Part shown: one piece after another, positions 18,041 through 27,001 of the stretch | Layout of the letters: every line of letters begins with the position of its first letter | How positions within the stretch are numbered: the first letter of the stretch is position 1 | DNA from: a virus | Lineage: Duplodnaviria > Caudoviricetes | Strand: one strand, 5' to 3' | Virus record (IMG/VR): IMGVR_UViG_3300019874_000010 | Location: 1 to 41,053 of that record | DNA: 41,053 bases | Translations under genes and position numbers: made by a program | The notes under the pieces: generated by a model | Database searches by the model: none | The model's input: the letters and a program-made list of their open reading frames with translations, nothing else | Told to the model about the DNA's origin: nothing

Positions 18041-19400
18041 TAGTTATTCCCATTAGAGGAGCTGATGATGTATCAATAGCTTGTTGTATCTCTTCATCGG
18101 TTTTATCATTAGGTATAATACCTGTACGTCTACCGTATTCTCTTAAATCTTCCACTGATATAACGCCGTTTTGCATCCACACGATAAGCTGTGCAGCCAT
18201 ATTTGGATCTGCAATCTCATCATAAAATTCGTCGTTTAGTTCGAAAACTATCTGCGCTGGATCAGCGCCCTCAAATACACACACCATCTCTAATGCTTTA
18301 ATAATTGCCCATGTATAATTTGATGTAAGTGTATATAGTGAACTGTGTTGTGAGCCATATCTGATTTTAGCTGCTTCAGCTGTCTCACGCCCACCTGCGG
18401 GCGCTATAAGTCGAGCTCCTATAGCTGCAGCTTGTATTAGTAATTCTTTCATCACTTCACCAACCATTTGATTGGGATTTGACTGTAGTAATTGAGCACT
18501 GCCGCCGTTAGCTAACACCAACCCTTTCCTACTTCCAAACTGTACACCACTGGGATTCACTGCGTTAAAATCCTCAGCAGTAGTTTCCCCTGGATTTATA
18601 ACTAGGTAAGGTTGGCCACATAGCCAAACAGCTTCCATTTGGTCACAACTGCACCTATAGTGAGCTAAATTAACTTGAGCTAAATCATATAGAGGTTGTT
18701 GATCTATATCCCAATCATTATTAGCCGATCCTGCAAACACAAATTGTATTCTGTTAAGAGGCTTGCCATTGAAATCTAAAGGCGTATAATTTTCTGTTAT
18801 GTTATATCCATCGTTTAACGCATATCTATCTGAGTATGAATACACTTCTTGTCTATAAATATTCTGTTCGTCTAAATACAATACACGATATCTTTTAACA
18901 AAGTCTTGACTAAACATATTCTCTTCACTAAAAGTATATTCTTGCAATACAAGTAAAGACAATACACATTCACCGTTTATGTTTTTAGTTTTCCAATTCC
19001 GTATGTTTTCAGCTATATAAGGCCTGATGAATGTTTTACCACCTTCGTCCTTATCCACCATAAATCCATATCTACCCATTTCTAGCAATTCACCTATAGC
19101 GTGTTGACTAAATTGGTAAATATTAATACCTGTACCTGTTAAATTATTGTTCAGATAATCTAACTGTGTAGGCAACACTATCATAGGATCTTTACGAAAA
19201 ACAAGACCGGTTAGTCCTACTTTGGTTAAATTTGTAAAGTTAGTTAATACACCACTTTCTTTGTATTGTGAAGTTCTAACAGGATCATTCACATCAGGTG
19301 TGCGTATAAACTCTGTGGCATGGCTATTACATATAGAACGTATTAAATGCCATCGCTGCGTTGCTGTAGTATAGTCCGGATGTTGTGTCAATACTGACAT
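17961..19400 (-). CDS. Portal protein (DUF4055-type)
   Basis: HPDY, GLTGLVFRKDP, GRYGFMVD, YIAENIRNW, PLYDLAQVNLAHYR and AIGARLI..ETAEAAKIR motifs; start at 19400 or 19421. Confidence 0.9.
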   Translation of the reverse strand: MSVLTQHPDYTTATQRWHLIRSICNSHATEFIRTPDVNDPVRTSQYKESGVLTNFTNLTKVGLTGLVFRKDPMIVLPTQLDYLNNNLTGTGINIYQFSQHAIGELLEMGRYGFMVDKDEGGKTFIRPYIAENIRNWKTKNINGECVLSLLVLQEYTFSEENMFSQDFVKRYRVLYLDEQNIYRQEVYSYSDRYALNDGYNITENYTPLDFNGKPLNRIQFVFAGSANNDWDIDQQPLYDLAQVNLAHYRCSCDQMEAVWLCGQPYLVINPGETTAEDFNAVNPSGVQFGSRKGLVLANGGSAQLLQSNPNQMVGEVMKELLIQAAAIGARLIAPAGGRETAEAAKIRYGSQHSSLYTLTSNYTWAIIKALEMVCVFEGADPAQIVFELNDEFYDEIADPNMAAQLIVWMQNGVISVEDLREYGRRTGIIPNDKTDEEIQQAIDTSSAPLMGITNVLSSRNSTSSTPIDAAGTDTGTPNY

Positions 19401-19404
19401 AATT

Positions 19405-20727
19405 TTATCTCTTTTGTACAAAAGAAAATTCTATAGAAAACGTACGTGGTCTCAAACCTAGTTCAAACACTATAGGGTACGTTGTCGCATCATTTTGATG
19501 ATCATACCCTGTTTTCTTACAAGGTTTACCATCTAATCCGTAAGGTTGGTTGATTAGACACCTAGAGACAGCAGGGCAATTACGACGATTAACAAATAGC
19601 CACCCTTGTTTGAATGCGTTATTTGTAGCATTCACTCTATCGTCTATTGGGAAATTGTGTGATCTAGCCCGCACTAAAAATCCCTTATTCGTTAATTCAT
19701 TGATAGCAGATATAGAAGCATTAGCATTACTACGGCCCTTACCTGAGCTATCTGGATAAAGTGTCACTGCGTGCCCCTTTTTACTATAAACATTAGACAA
19801 TATATCGGCTAATGTAGCTGCGTCTCGTAATCCTGTAAGTTCTTCAACAGCGTGCCATTCTTTTCCGTTACGTTTAACAAAAATTGTAGCACTTGTATTG
19901 TCTACGTTAAAGTCACATCCTACGAATAAATTCTCACCTGTACGTATTTCTTCAAAGCTATCATGTAATTCTGGGTTGTAGTTAAAATATACAGAAGAGC
20001 TCTGCATATTAATAAAATCACCTTGTAAATAAGCTCTAGCAACGTGATCAGGAAATCTATCAAACACACCGCGTATGTACTGCTTTGTAGCAGATGGATT
20101 ATCGGCTGTACAAGCTTTAACTAGCTTATAATCCCTATGTTCTCTTAATTCCCAGTTCTTATAACAAAATCTATAGCCTTCCGGCGTTGTAAAAGCAGCT
20201 GTCTTATTAGGACACACCCATCGATCTTCATCTTCATCAAATATTCTATATTCTTTGGGGACATCTTCAGGCTGTTGCCTGTTACGCATTAAAACAGCTC
20301 GCCAAATCTCTTCAGCTTTGTTTTCGTCTAGTGTATCTAACTCGTCTACGAAAGCAGCATAGCTTTCGTAACCAACTAAAGCGCCTGGATCATCCATAGG
20401 CTTAAAATAAAAATTTCCACAACGAGCATCTTCTGATTCTATAATATTTTCTTTTTTATTATATTCTTTGTGCTTTATTTTAAATTTATCTAACCAATAG
20501 AGTACGTTAGGTACTTCAATGGTGCGTATATGGTGATGTTGAGGAGCATATACGTATATGTTAGCACGTTTACTATGTAAGCCATACGACACAGCACACA
20601 GCCCTAATACAAAGCTTTTACCACTTCCAGGCCCACCTACGAAAGCAGGGTGGCATACATTAGGATCGGTCATCAATTGATAGAATGCTGTTTGACTCTT
20701 CGTTAACTTTATTGAAAGTTCCATCAA
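19405..20727 (-). CDS. terL: Terminase large subunit
   Basis: Walker A GGPGSGKS, Walker B FVDELD, TTPEG, nuclease motifs GCDFN, YPD and DHQNDA. Confidence 0.95.
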   Translation of the reverse strand: MMELSIKLTKSQTAFYQLMTDPNVCHPAFVGGPGSGKSFVLGLCAVSYGLHSKRANIYVYAPQHHHIRTIEVPNVLYWLDKFKIKHKEYNKKENIIESEDARCGNFYFKPMDDPGALVGYESYAAFVDELDTLDENKAEEIWRAVLMRNRQQPEDVPKEYRIFDEDEDRWVCPNKTAAFTTPEGYRFCYKNWELREHRDYKLVKACTADNPSATKQYIRGVFDRFPDHVARAYLQGDFINMQSSSVYFNYNPELHDSFEEIRTGENLFVGCDFNVDNTSATIFVKRNGKEWHAVEELTGLRDAATLADILSNVYSKKGHAVTLYPDSSGKGRSNANASISAINELTNKGFLVRARSHNFPIDDRVNATNNAFKQGWLFVNRRNCPAVSRCLINQPYGLDGKPCKKTGYDHQNDATTYPIVFELGLRPRTFSIEFSFVQKR

Positions 20728-21106
20728 TTATCCTATTGAGATCTCTGGAAGGAAGCATCTCTATTCTTATTGTTGTAATCTTCTCATCATGTGTATTATG
20801 CACTTCTACTTTATCAACATAATCACATTCATTCTTTAAGGCTTGGCTAATCAGTGTTGCATTGCCCTGAATTTCACCTGTAGCAGCCGATCTTTGTGTC
20901 TTATGCCACCAGGAAGCCTTATCATTCTCACCTATCTCATGGGCTTCTTCAAAGCTTGGGTGAGCTTTACGCCAATTCTCATACGTCCTCTTCGTAATTC
21001 CCCAAATACTACAAATTTCTCTAATGCTCTTACCGTCAGCTCTAAGGCCGTTACGAAGTTGTTTAGAATACTTAGGACGAAACTTGCTGTTAGTGTGTGT
21101 TCTCAT
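20660..21106 (-). CDS. terS: Terminase small subunit
   Basis: HTH-like GKSIREICSIWGITKRTYENW..HPSFEEA; directly upstream of terL. Confidence 0.8.
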   Translation of the reverse strand: MRTHTNSKFRPKYSKQLRNGLRADGKSIREICSIWGITKRTYENWRKAHPSFEEAHEIGENDKASWWHKTQRSAATGEIQGNATLISQALKNECDYVDKVEVHNTHDEKITTIRIEMLPSRDLNRIIDGTFNKVNEESNSILSIDDRS

Positions 21107-21113
21107 ATTTTTC

Positions 21114-21347
21114 TTATTTATTCAATTTTTGAAGAATCTGTAAAATTTCTTTGATTTCTCTAATATCACGTGATACAAATTTAAATTCTGTTTTGGATTC
21201 GATGTAAGCTTTTTCTAATAGGTTGATTCTTTGTTCTAAGGAGTCTATTTTCACATCTTGCTTCTTATAAATATACCACGTCACCGTTCCAATTAGAGTG
21301 AGCGTAGGGATTAATACATAGCGTAAAACAAAGTCTCCTAAGTCCAT
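21114..21347 (-). CDS. Single-TM plus coiled-coil protein (holin-like or accessory lysis)
   Basis: N-terminal hydrophobic helix followed by a heptad coiled coil. Confidence 0.5.
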   Translation of the reverse strand: MDLGDFVLRYVLIPTLTLIGTVTWYIYKKQDVKIDSLEQRINLLEKAYIESKTEFKFVSRDIREIKEILQILQKLNK

Positions 21348-21350
21348 ATA

Positions 21351-21932
21351 TCACCTTCTATCTATTGCTTTGTCTACTGCATCTACTTGAGGTTGGGTTA
21401 TTGCACCTGTAGTGCGCATAATATCAAATATTTGTTTCTTAGCTTGATCTAAATTAAGCGTACTAGCTTCACCTAACACCTGTATCTTCTCAATCTTCTT
21501 ATCTTGTCTATCAGCCCACGCATCCTGAATAGCGCTAAAAATACTAGACATAGCACTAGCTGCTACAGGCAATCCCCATATAATACCATAAATAGCTGCA
21601 TATAATTGAGCATACCAAACAGGTATTAAAGCAAAGTTTTCAAATATATCTTTCCCTTTAGTAGGGGAGATACACATAATAACAACAGGAATGTTAATAA
21701 GAACGAATGTAGTGTATTTAAAACCAGAACTAGTGGCAGCTAGTTTATTCTGCTCACTTTGAACAGCATCTATGCCTTGTTGCTTAATTAGCTCAATGTT
21801 AGCGACTGCTAATTGTAATTTAGCATCTTGTTCTTTTTGTTGTATTTGTTGCCTAGTGGAAAGATAGGTGCCTACAACACCATCCTTACCAAATATAGAT
21901 GTAAACAGCGGAGCTAATAATGTAAACCACAT
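21351..21932 (-). CDS. Putative holin (multi-TM)
   Basis: N-terminal amphipathic segment, Q-rich coil, then two hydrophobic segments; start of the late operon. Confidence 0.55.
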   Translation of the reverse strand: MWFTLLAPLFTSIFGKDGVVGTYLSTRQQIQQKEQDAKLQLAVANIELIKQQGIDAVQSEQNKLAATSSGFKYTTFVLINIPVVIMCISPTKGKDIFENFALIPVWYAQLYAAIYGIIWGLPVAASAMSSIFSAIQDAWADRQDKKIEKIQVLGEASTLNLDQAKKQIFDIMRTTGAITQPQVDAVDKAIDRR

Positions 21933-21934
21933 AA

Positions 21935-22036
21935 TTATTGTTTCTTGAATTTATTTAACACTAGAGAAATCTTGTCGTTAAAATACCATCCGACAAAAGC
22001 ACCGCCAAAGAAGGCGACTAACATGAATATAAACAT
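21935..22036 (-). CDS. 33-aa membrane peptide (not in the ORF track)
   Basis: MFIFMLVAFFGGAFVGWYFNDKISLVLNKFKKQ; AGGA RBS; stop lies 2 nt before the holin ATG. Confidence 0.65.
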   Translation of the reverse strand: MFIFMLVAFFGGAFVGWYFNDKISLVLNKFKKQ

Positions 22037-22058
22037 TTGAGGTTTCCTAAAGAGAATA

Positions 22059-22126
22059 GGCGTATCTGAATTAGCTAGTGGGGCAAACGCTTACAAAGAA
22101 AGACATTCTGCTGCTAATGATACGCC
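22059..22126 (-). other. Long hairpin in the late-operon leader
   Basis: GGCGTATC 22059-22066 pairs with GATACGCC 22119-22126; ATTAGC 22070-22075 pairs with GCTAAT 22113-22118. Confidence 0.55.
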
Positions 22127-22148
22127 CTAAATTTGGACATATAATATG

Positions 22149-22178
22149 ATTATATCACACTCACACCCCCTTTGTCAA
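22149..22178 (-). promoter_or_regulatory. sigma70 promoter for the lysis/packaging/structural operon
   Basis: TTGACA (22178-22173), 18-bp spacer, TGnTATAAT (-10 at 22154-22149). Confidence 0.75.
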
Positions 22179-22211
22179 TACTTTTATAAAAAATATATTT
22201 TGCTAGGGGGC

Positions 22212-22241
22212 TTGACAAAGCATACCTAAATATGTTACACT
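22212..22241 (+). promoter_or_regulatory. Divergent sigma70 promoter (rightward)
   Basis: TTGACA (22212-22217), 18-bp spacer, TGnTACACT. Confidence 0.6.
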
Positions 22242-22292
22242 TAACTTAAGTGTTTTGGCTAAGTTTGCTTATTAAAGTTACTCATATGTGCT

Positions 22293-22319
22293 AATGTGCG
22301 GGCTTTAGTCCCGCACATT
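22293..22319 (+). other. GC-rich hairpin (possible terminator or sRNA 3' end)
   Basis: AATGTGCGGG / CCCGCACATT perfect 10-bp stem with a 7-nt loop; no clear U tract. Confidence 0.5.
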
Positions 22320-22354
22320 GGAATACAAATAAACATATATATATAGCTAATTTC

Positions 22355-22383
22355 TTGTATACTGCTTTATATTGTGTTATACT
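22355..22383 (+). promoter_or_regulatory. sigma70-like promoter before ORF 22400
   Basis: TTGTAT, 17-bp spacer, TGnTATACT, then a TAAGGAG RBS. Confidence 0.55.
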
Positions 22384-22399
22384 TAACTAAGGAGCAATC

Positions 22400-22672
22400 A
22401 TGACAGAAGAACAAATACAAGACCTATCCTATAAGATAATTACAGCTGTTAGTGGTAAGGACAGTGAAGAAAATATGAATGGTGTAGCCGATATTCTTAC
22501 AAATATGATTAGAAGTGTTAACGATGGGTGGGAAGAATATCTTCTTAAAACAACAGATGATACAATATTAAATAGCAACCTATCCTGTGAAGATTGTGGA
22601 TGTCCTATTAACTTTAGACGCTCTAGTAAGAAACTTAAAGTGAGGTATGGTGTTAATACGGGCATTCAATAA
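22400..22672 (+). CDS. Hypothetical protein (CxxC near the C-terminus)
   Basis: Strong RBS; 90 aa. Confidence 0.6.
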   Translation: MTEEQIQDLSYKIITAVSGKDSEENMNGVADILTNMIRSVNDGWEEYLLKTTDDTILNSNLSCEDCGCPINFRRSSKKLKVRYGVNTGIQ

Positions 22673-22808
22673 CGTTAGAATATCAAACAATATGCCCGGC
22701 AGCTACTTCTTAAAATACATAGGAACATTTAATGAAACCACACTATCGTTATAATTACACTACAGGCTTTTGGATGTATGTTCCAATGTCTACTATAAGG
22801 AAACCTAT

Positions 22809-23291
22809 ATGTTAACTTTATTCATAATATTGTTTAATTTAGCACACACACCACTACCTATAGCTGTATATCAGACAACAAACATCTTTAACAAGTTAAC
22901 AGCAACGGCTAATACACCTATAACGCCAGTGTTACGTTTTAGTTATTATATAGGCGGCATTCGTATGCCTAACGCAATGTCTGAAGCATGTGAATTTTCT
23001 GTTACATACACATATGATTTAATAGCGCTCACTAAAAGTAGTGATGAAGCTGCATTTATATTAGCCCATGAGCTTGGTCATCAATATTATATGCATTGTG
23101 GCGCTTACGGGTTAGATAGGGTGTTTAATCATAATAAAGAATACCTAGCTGATAGCTATGGCGTTGAATTAGCTAATAAAGCAGGCTTTAGAGGCTGTAA
23201 AGGTGCTAAAGAGTTTCTTACTACATTCAATTATAAAGCAGATAGCACCCACCCTGCTAGCAAAGATAGATTAAAACGTATTTGTCCTTAA
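22809..23291 (+). CDS. M48-family zinc metallopeptidase
   Basis: PNA, DEAAFILAHELGH (HExxH), EYLAD and STHPASKDR motifs; hydrophobic N-terminus from the ATG at 22809 (TAAGGA RBS). Confidence 0.85.
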   Translation: MLTLFIILFNLAHTPLPIAVYQTTNIFNKLTATANTPITPVLRFSYYIGGIRMPNAMSEACEFSVTYTYDLIALTKSSDEAAFILAHELGHQYYMHCGAYGLDRVFNHNKEYLADSYGVELANKAGFRGCKGAKEFLTTFNYKADSTHPASKDRLKRICP

Positions 23292-23823
23292 GCTTCCCTT
23301 AATATTCGTTATTCCCTTTATTTTGCGCTTGTTGTTGGGCTCAACAAATAATTAAAAACCTAGGGGGGTGGTATGCCTATTATATTTAATAGCTCATTTA
23401 GCTACGTACACGCCGTTATAATAATTATACGCTAGGTAGGTATTGGTGATGCAACGAACGTCGCATAGGGAGCTTATATGGAGCTTATAACAGCATAGAG
23501 AGAGGCAGCCTTCGGCATATAAAACAAACTGTCTAATAACAAACACAAATAACAATACAAATTAGTAATATGTTAATAACATTATCTATTACACACTCCT
23601 GCCACTATCCCCTTTCAGTATCTATCTTACGTAATTCATTAGCTATCCAGTTCAACTTACCCATACATTTTCTATTATAAAGAAACAATTTCTCTGTAAT
23701 ATCAGTTGCTCTTTGTATCAACTCTATATATCTCTTATCTAATTTAACAGGATCATGTAGTTTTATTTGCACAAAGATGCTCCTTCTTTCTGTTTGTCAA
23801 CGGCATTCCTCTCTATAACATAT

Positions 23824-24039
23824 TTAACAGCCCTTTCTGTTAACACTATCGCTGTGCTCAGTAGTATTGCTGTTATCAACGTTGCTATTACCACAATGCA
23901 CGCTGCTATTGTTCTCATGTTCTTCCCTTAGTTGTCTTCTTAAATCATTCTCATATTGATGTATCTGTGTTCTGTATTTCACTATGTATTCTAATAACAC
24001 CTTTGTTCTTGAATGTCTTCTATCCTTGTAAGTTTTCAT
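23824..24039 (-). CDS. Hypothetical early protein
   Basis: 71-aa ORF in a cluster of small genes. Confidence 0.45.
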   Translation of the reverse strand: MKTYKDRRHSRTKVLLEYIVKYRTQIHQYENDLRRQLREEHENNSSVHCGNSNVDNSNTTEHSDSVNRKGC

Positions 24040-24057
24040 AAAGTCTTCCTTAACTAT

Positions 24058-24291
24058 TTAATGAAAAGGCCTATTAACATCTATACGTTCCACTGTGCCA
24101 TTATTGTCGAGGTGAACATCCAATTGCCATTGGTGAACATTCTTATAATGTAAAGTTCCGTTATAAGTGCTGTCGGGCGTTCCTAACGTATCGTACACTT
24201 GAGACACGTCATCTCCTTCTAACACTATCTTGTCTTTGTTTATAAAAGCATGTGCGTTAGAGATGATTAATAATAATAATAGCATTCTCAT
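24058..24291 (-). CDS. Small exported protein (SmpA/DUF2845-like beta pattern)
   Basis: Signal peptide ending AHA; GDDVSQVYDTLGTP...WQLDVHLDNNGTVERI. Confidence 0.55.
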   Translation of the reverse strand: MRMLLLLLIISNAHAFINKDKIVLEGDDVSQVYDTLGTPDSTYNGTLHYKNVHQWQLDVHLDNNGTVERIDVNRPFH

Positions 24292-24497
24292 TATGCTCTC
24301 CTTCTTTGTGGTCTTCCGTGTTTGTTTGTATGGTGTTGTTTAACGTGTTTAAATGGTGCTTTAATATCTCTCCTATGTTGTCTCTCTTTTTCGAACGCTT
24401 CTCTCTTATCAACAGCTTTGTTGTGTTTGTACACCTCTTCACAGTTTTTAAAGAAGAAGTAAGCTCCTATTGTCACTAAGAATAATAATATTTCCAT
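24291..24497 (-). CDS. Small membrane-anchored basic protein
   Basis: N-terminal TM helix; AAGGAG RBS. Confidence 0.55.
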   Translation of the reverse strand: MEILLFLVTIGAYFFFKNCEEVYKHNKAVDKREAFEKERQHRRDIKAPFKHVKQHHTNKHGRPQRRRA

Positions 24498-24520
24498 TTC
24501 ATTCTCCTTTATTCTCTCTA

Positions 24521-24562
24521 TACTTTAATTATAGCATGTATATTGGAAATATGTGTCAAGAA
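24521..24562 (-). promoter_or_regulatory. Repeated phage promoter element, copy A (20-bp spacer)
   Basis: TTCTTGACACATATTTCCAATATACATGCTATAATTAAAGTA; 34/42 identical to 29936-29977. Confidence 0.7.
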
Positions 24563-24969
24563 TGTGTAAATATTAACCGTCTATCGAAAACTAATATACA
24601 ACTTGGGAATGTAGGTCCTGATAATTCTTTATATCCTTTCCCTTTACATTTTCTACATTGTAGATGTTTATATTTAGAATCTTCCCAAGCTTTTTCAATG
24701 AAAGCATTAATCCCAGGATTGGTTTTAGTTGGTCTAGAATAAGGAGGATTCATAAACCCTGTGTATATTTCATTAACATCTATAAGCTCACGTAGATCCC
24801 AACTTGTATTATCTTTAGAGTCTACAGTGTTTAATAGGTAATCATCACACCAAAAATCACATTTAGTATTCTCTTTAGTAGCACAAAGATCGATTGAAAA
24901 ATTGAATTCCTGATCTAACTCTTTGAACAGCCAATCAGGTGTTCTCCATTCATCTGTTATCTTACTCAT
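24556..24969 (-). CDS. Phage DNA N6-adenine methyltransferase (Dam-type), probably internally deleted
   Basis: DEWRTP..LF..LD.EFNF.IDLCA, FMNPPYS and terminal FPSCILVF motifs; the usual middle segment is missing. Confidence 0.7.
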   Translation of the reverse strand: MSKITDEWRTPDWLFKELDQEFNFSIDLCATKENTKCDFWCDDYLLNTVDSKDNTSWDLRELIDVNEIYTGFMNPPYSRPTKTNPGINAFIEKAWEDSKYKHLQCRKCKGKGYKELSGPTFPSCILVFDRRLIFTHS

Positions 24970-25256
24970 AACAACACCTCGAAAAATTCTTTAGGTAATT
25001 TTACATTAGGTAGCATTTTTGCTAGCTTAAACATAGGTGCTATGTCTCCCGGAAAATACCCAGCCAAGCCACACCCTATAGCCGTAACATTAAAATAAAG
25101 ATCTGGTCTACTCCAAGCAAATAATATAAACTTAGATACGTAGTAGTTTATATTCCATAAGTTTAGAGTATATAAATCAACATTTTTAGTGGGTATAGCA
25201 TAACTATTGCCTTGTATCCCCTCACCATTACCGTAAATAGCCTTATGTTCATTTAT
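24966..25256 (-). pseudogene. 5'-truncated macrodomain-like phage protein (A1S_2505-type)
   Basis: Open frame without ATG: AIYGNGEGIQGNSYAIPTK...FNVTAIGCGLAGYFPGDIAPMF...NVKLPKEF. The N-terminal FVFGSN..G.HG.GAA part is absent and there is an in-frame stop just upstream. Confidence 0.7.
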
Positions 25257-25325
25257 GGTGAATAAGAGAATCAGGTTTTAAACGGTAGGCTAGCTCTGTT
25301 TGTTTCATTATATCGAATGGATTGA

Positions 25326-25514
25326 TCATTTTAATATGTCCTTAATAGTGGTTATATCAGCCTTAGCAAACCAGTTCTTGATAATATTAAAAGCTTTTTC
25401 GCCTATGATTTCTTCTGTTATACCTGTTATTTTACAATATTCTTCGAAAGTTTCTGGTTTTCGTCTAGCGACTATAGTATTTATATCTATACCAGTTTCT
25501 ATTATATTGGACAC
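25326..25514 (-). CDS. Hypothetical protein
   Basis: GTG start after AGGAG. Confidence 0.55.
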   Translation of the reverse strand: MSNIIETGIDINTIVARRKPETFEEYCKITGITEEIIGEKAFNIIKNWFAKADITTIKDILK

Positions 25515-25529
25515 AGCAAAACTCCTAAA

Positions 25530-25604
25530 TTAGTTTAATATGTTTGCTTCTTTAAGGTAATCTAATGCTTTTTCTAACAGTATTGGGCTATCATTAAACC
25601 TCAT
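25530..25604 (-). pseudogene. C-terminal remnant of an endonuclease VII-like gene
   Basis: Translates as MRFNDSPILLEKALDYLKEANILN, matching the F.D.P.LL.KA..YL tail of Endo VII-type HNH proteins. Confidence 0.5.
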
Positions 25605-25789
25605 TGCAGATCCTCTAAAGTTATTTTCTCCAAGTTAATAGAAGCTGCGCCACATCCATTTTCAAACTTTACAAATTGTTGCATCAACATCCCATCTAAA
25701 TATTCATAGCGTATAGTGTATATTTTAGGATCTGTAAACCCTCTATCCTCTCTGAATTTAACTTTATCACCTACTTTGAAAATATTCAT
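25601..25789 (-). CDS. Small KOW/SH3-like hypothetical protein
   Basis: FKVGDKVKF start. Confidence 0.55.
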   Translation of the reverse strand: MNIFKVGDKVKFREDRGFTDPKIYTIRYEYLDGMLMQQFVKFENGCGAASINLEKITLEDLQ

Positions 25790-26145
25790 TCTAATATGTC
25801 CTTATTCTCATGTACATTACCGAGTATATTACATTCCCAATCAGGTGGCAAATCACCCACCACCACCTTCTGATCACCTATAATTCCCATTAATACAAAT
25901 CCCCCGCCATAATAAGAAATTAAACATTTGCCGTAGGAAACACCTGTGTCAGCTGCCTCAACAATATCGTTCTCGTATAAATCTTTCCCACCAATGAACC
26001 CCACATACCTATCTATCTCAGATTCAGGAAATGTTACTAACGCTGTTCTCCAAGGCTCCTCAATGCTTTTAGTGATAGCATCGTATAACGAGAAATATAA
26101 AAAATGCTTTTGATTCGGAAAATATGCTCTGTATTTAATGTTCAC
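25786..26145 (-). CDS. YopX-family protein
   Basis: IKYRAY...YVG...GKDLYENDIV...ILGNVHENKDILE. Confidence 0.8.
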   Translation of the reverse strand: MNIKYRAYFPNQKHFLYFSLYDAITKSIEEPWRTALVTFPESEIDRYVGFIGGKDLYENDIVEAADTGVSYGKCLISYYGGGFVLMGIIGDQKVVVGDLPPDWECNILGNVHENKDILE

Positions 26146-26159
26146 GTCTCTCTCCTGTT

Positions 26160-26951
26160 CTATCTAAGTATTTTGGCATCTTCAGCCTCTTGTATTCTTT
26201 TTCTACCTATTTCAAAATAGTTTTGCTCTTTTTCTATCCCGATAAAATCCCTATTTAGATTAACACAAGCAACCCCCGTTGTAAAACTCCCCGCACAGAA
26301 ATCTAATACAAGATCGCCCTCATTGGAATACGTGTTGATGAGATATTCCATAAGGGCTACAGGTTTTTGTGTAGGATGTAATCTACCTTTAGAATTTGCA
26401 GGTACTTTAAATTTTTGTACATTGGTAGGATACCTTCCTCTTCTTAGTTCTATAGGTGCCTCATTAGCGGAACGTTGAACAGATCTGTAAACAAGCTGAG
26501 TACTATTATGCTGCTGTTTCCTATTATTAATTTTTTCGCCGTCCTTAAACCGCTTCTTTGTTGTGTCTGAATACTCTTCAAACTGGGGATTGTATATAGG
26601 TTGCTTGCAGTAAAAAACACTTATTAACTCATGTGCTCTAAGAGGTGCTTTTTTAGCATTTAAAAATCCGCTAGCAGTGTTTTTATACCACACCCAATCA
26701 TACTTAAAGTTTCTTAGATTAGACATTCTTAATATAGAACTAAAAGGCTCACTACCAAATAGTATTATAGCAGCGTTATCCTTAATAATAAGTTTTAAAT
26801 CTTTCCACATACGTTCCAAATCCAAAACTGTGTCCCATTTACATGCTGTTGTTCCATAAGGCATGTCACATAATATTAAGTCGATACTACCAATTTCTAA
26901 TTGTGGGGATATGTTAAAACAATCATCGTGGAATAGTTTTATAGTAGACAT
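26160..26951 (-). CDS. DNA amino-methyltransferase (beta class, N6A/N4C)
   Basis: SIDLILCDMPYG (motif IV), HPTQKPVAL, VLDFCAGSFTTG (motif I) and FIGIE; start 26951 after GAGG. Confidence 0.9.
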   Translation of the reverse strand: MSTIKLFHDDCFNISPQLEIGSIDLILCDMPYGTTACKWDTVLDLERMWKDLKLIIKDNAAIILFGSEPFSSILRMSNLRNFKYDWVWYKNTASGFLNAKKAPLRAHELISVFYCKQPIYNPQFEEYSDTTKKRFKDGEKINNRKQQHNSTQLVYRSVQRSANEAPIELRRGRYPTNVQKFKVPANSKGRLHPTQKPVALMEYLINTYSNEGDLVLDFCAGSFTTGVACVNLNRDFIGIEKEQNYFEIGRKRIQEAEDAKILR

Positions 26952-27001
26952 AACTACCTCTATCAAGTGAAAAATTACCAATAAGTATTAATAAATATGT
27001 G

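Noticed and set aside
3424-21154. Numerous plus-strand ORFs in the track over the structural arm (also 2650-2904 minus, 39295-39825 plus and similar)
   Set aside because: Antisense shadows of well-supported genes, with no RBS or motifs.
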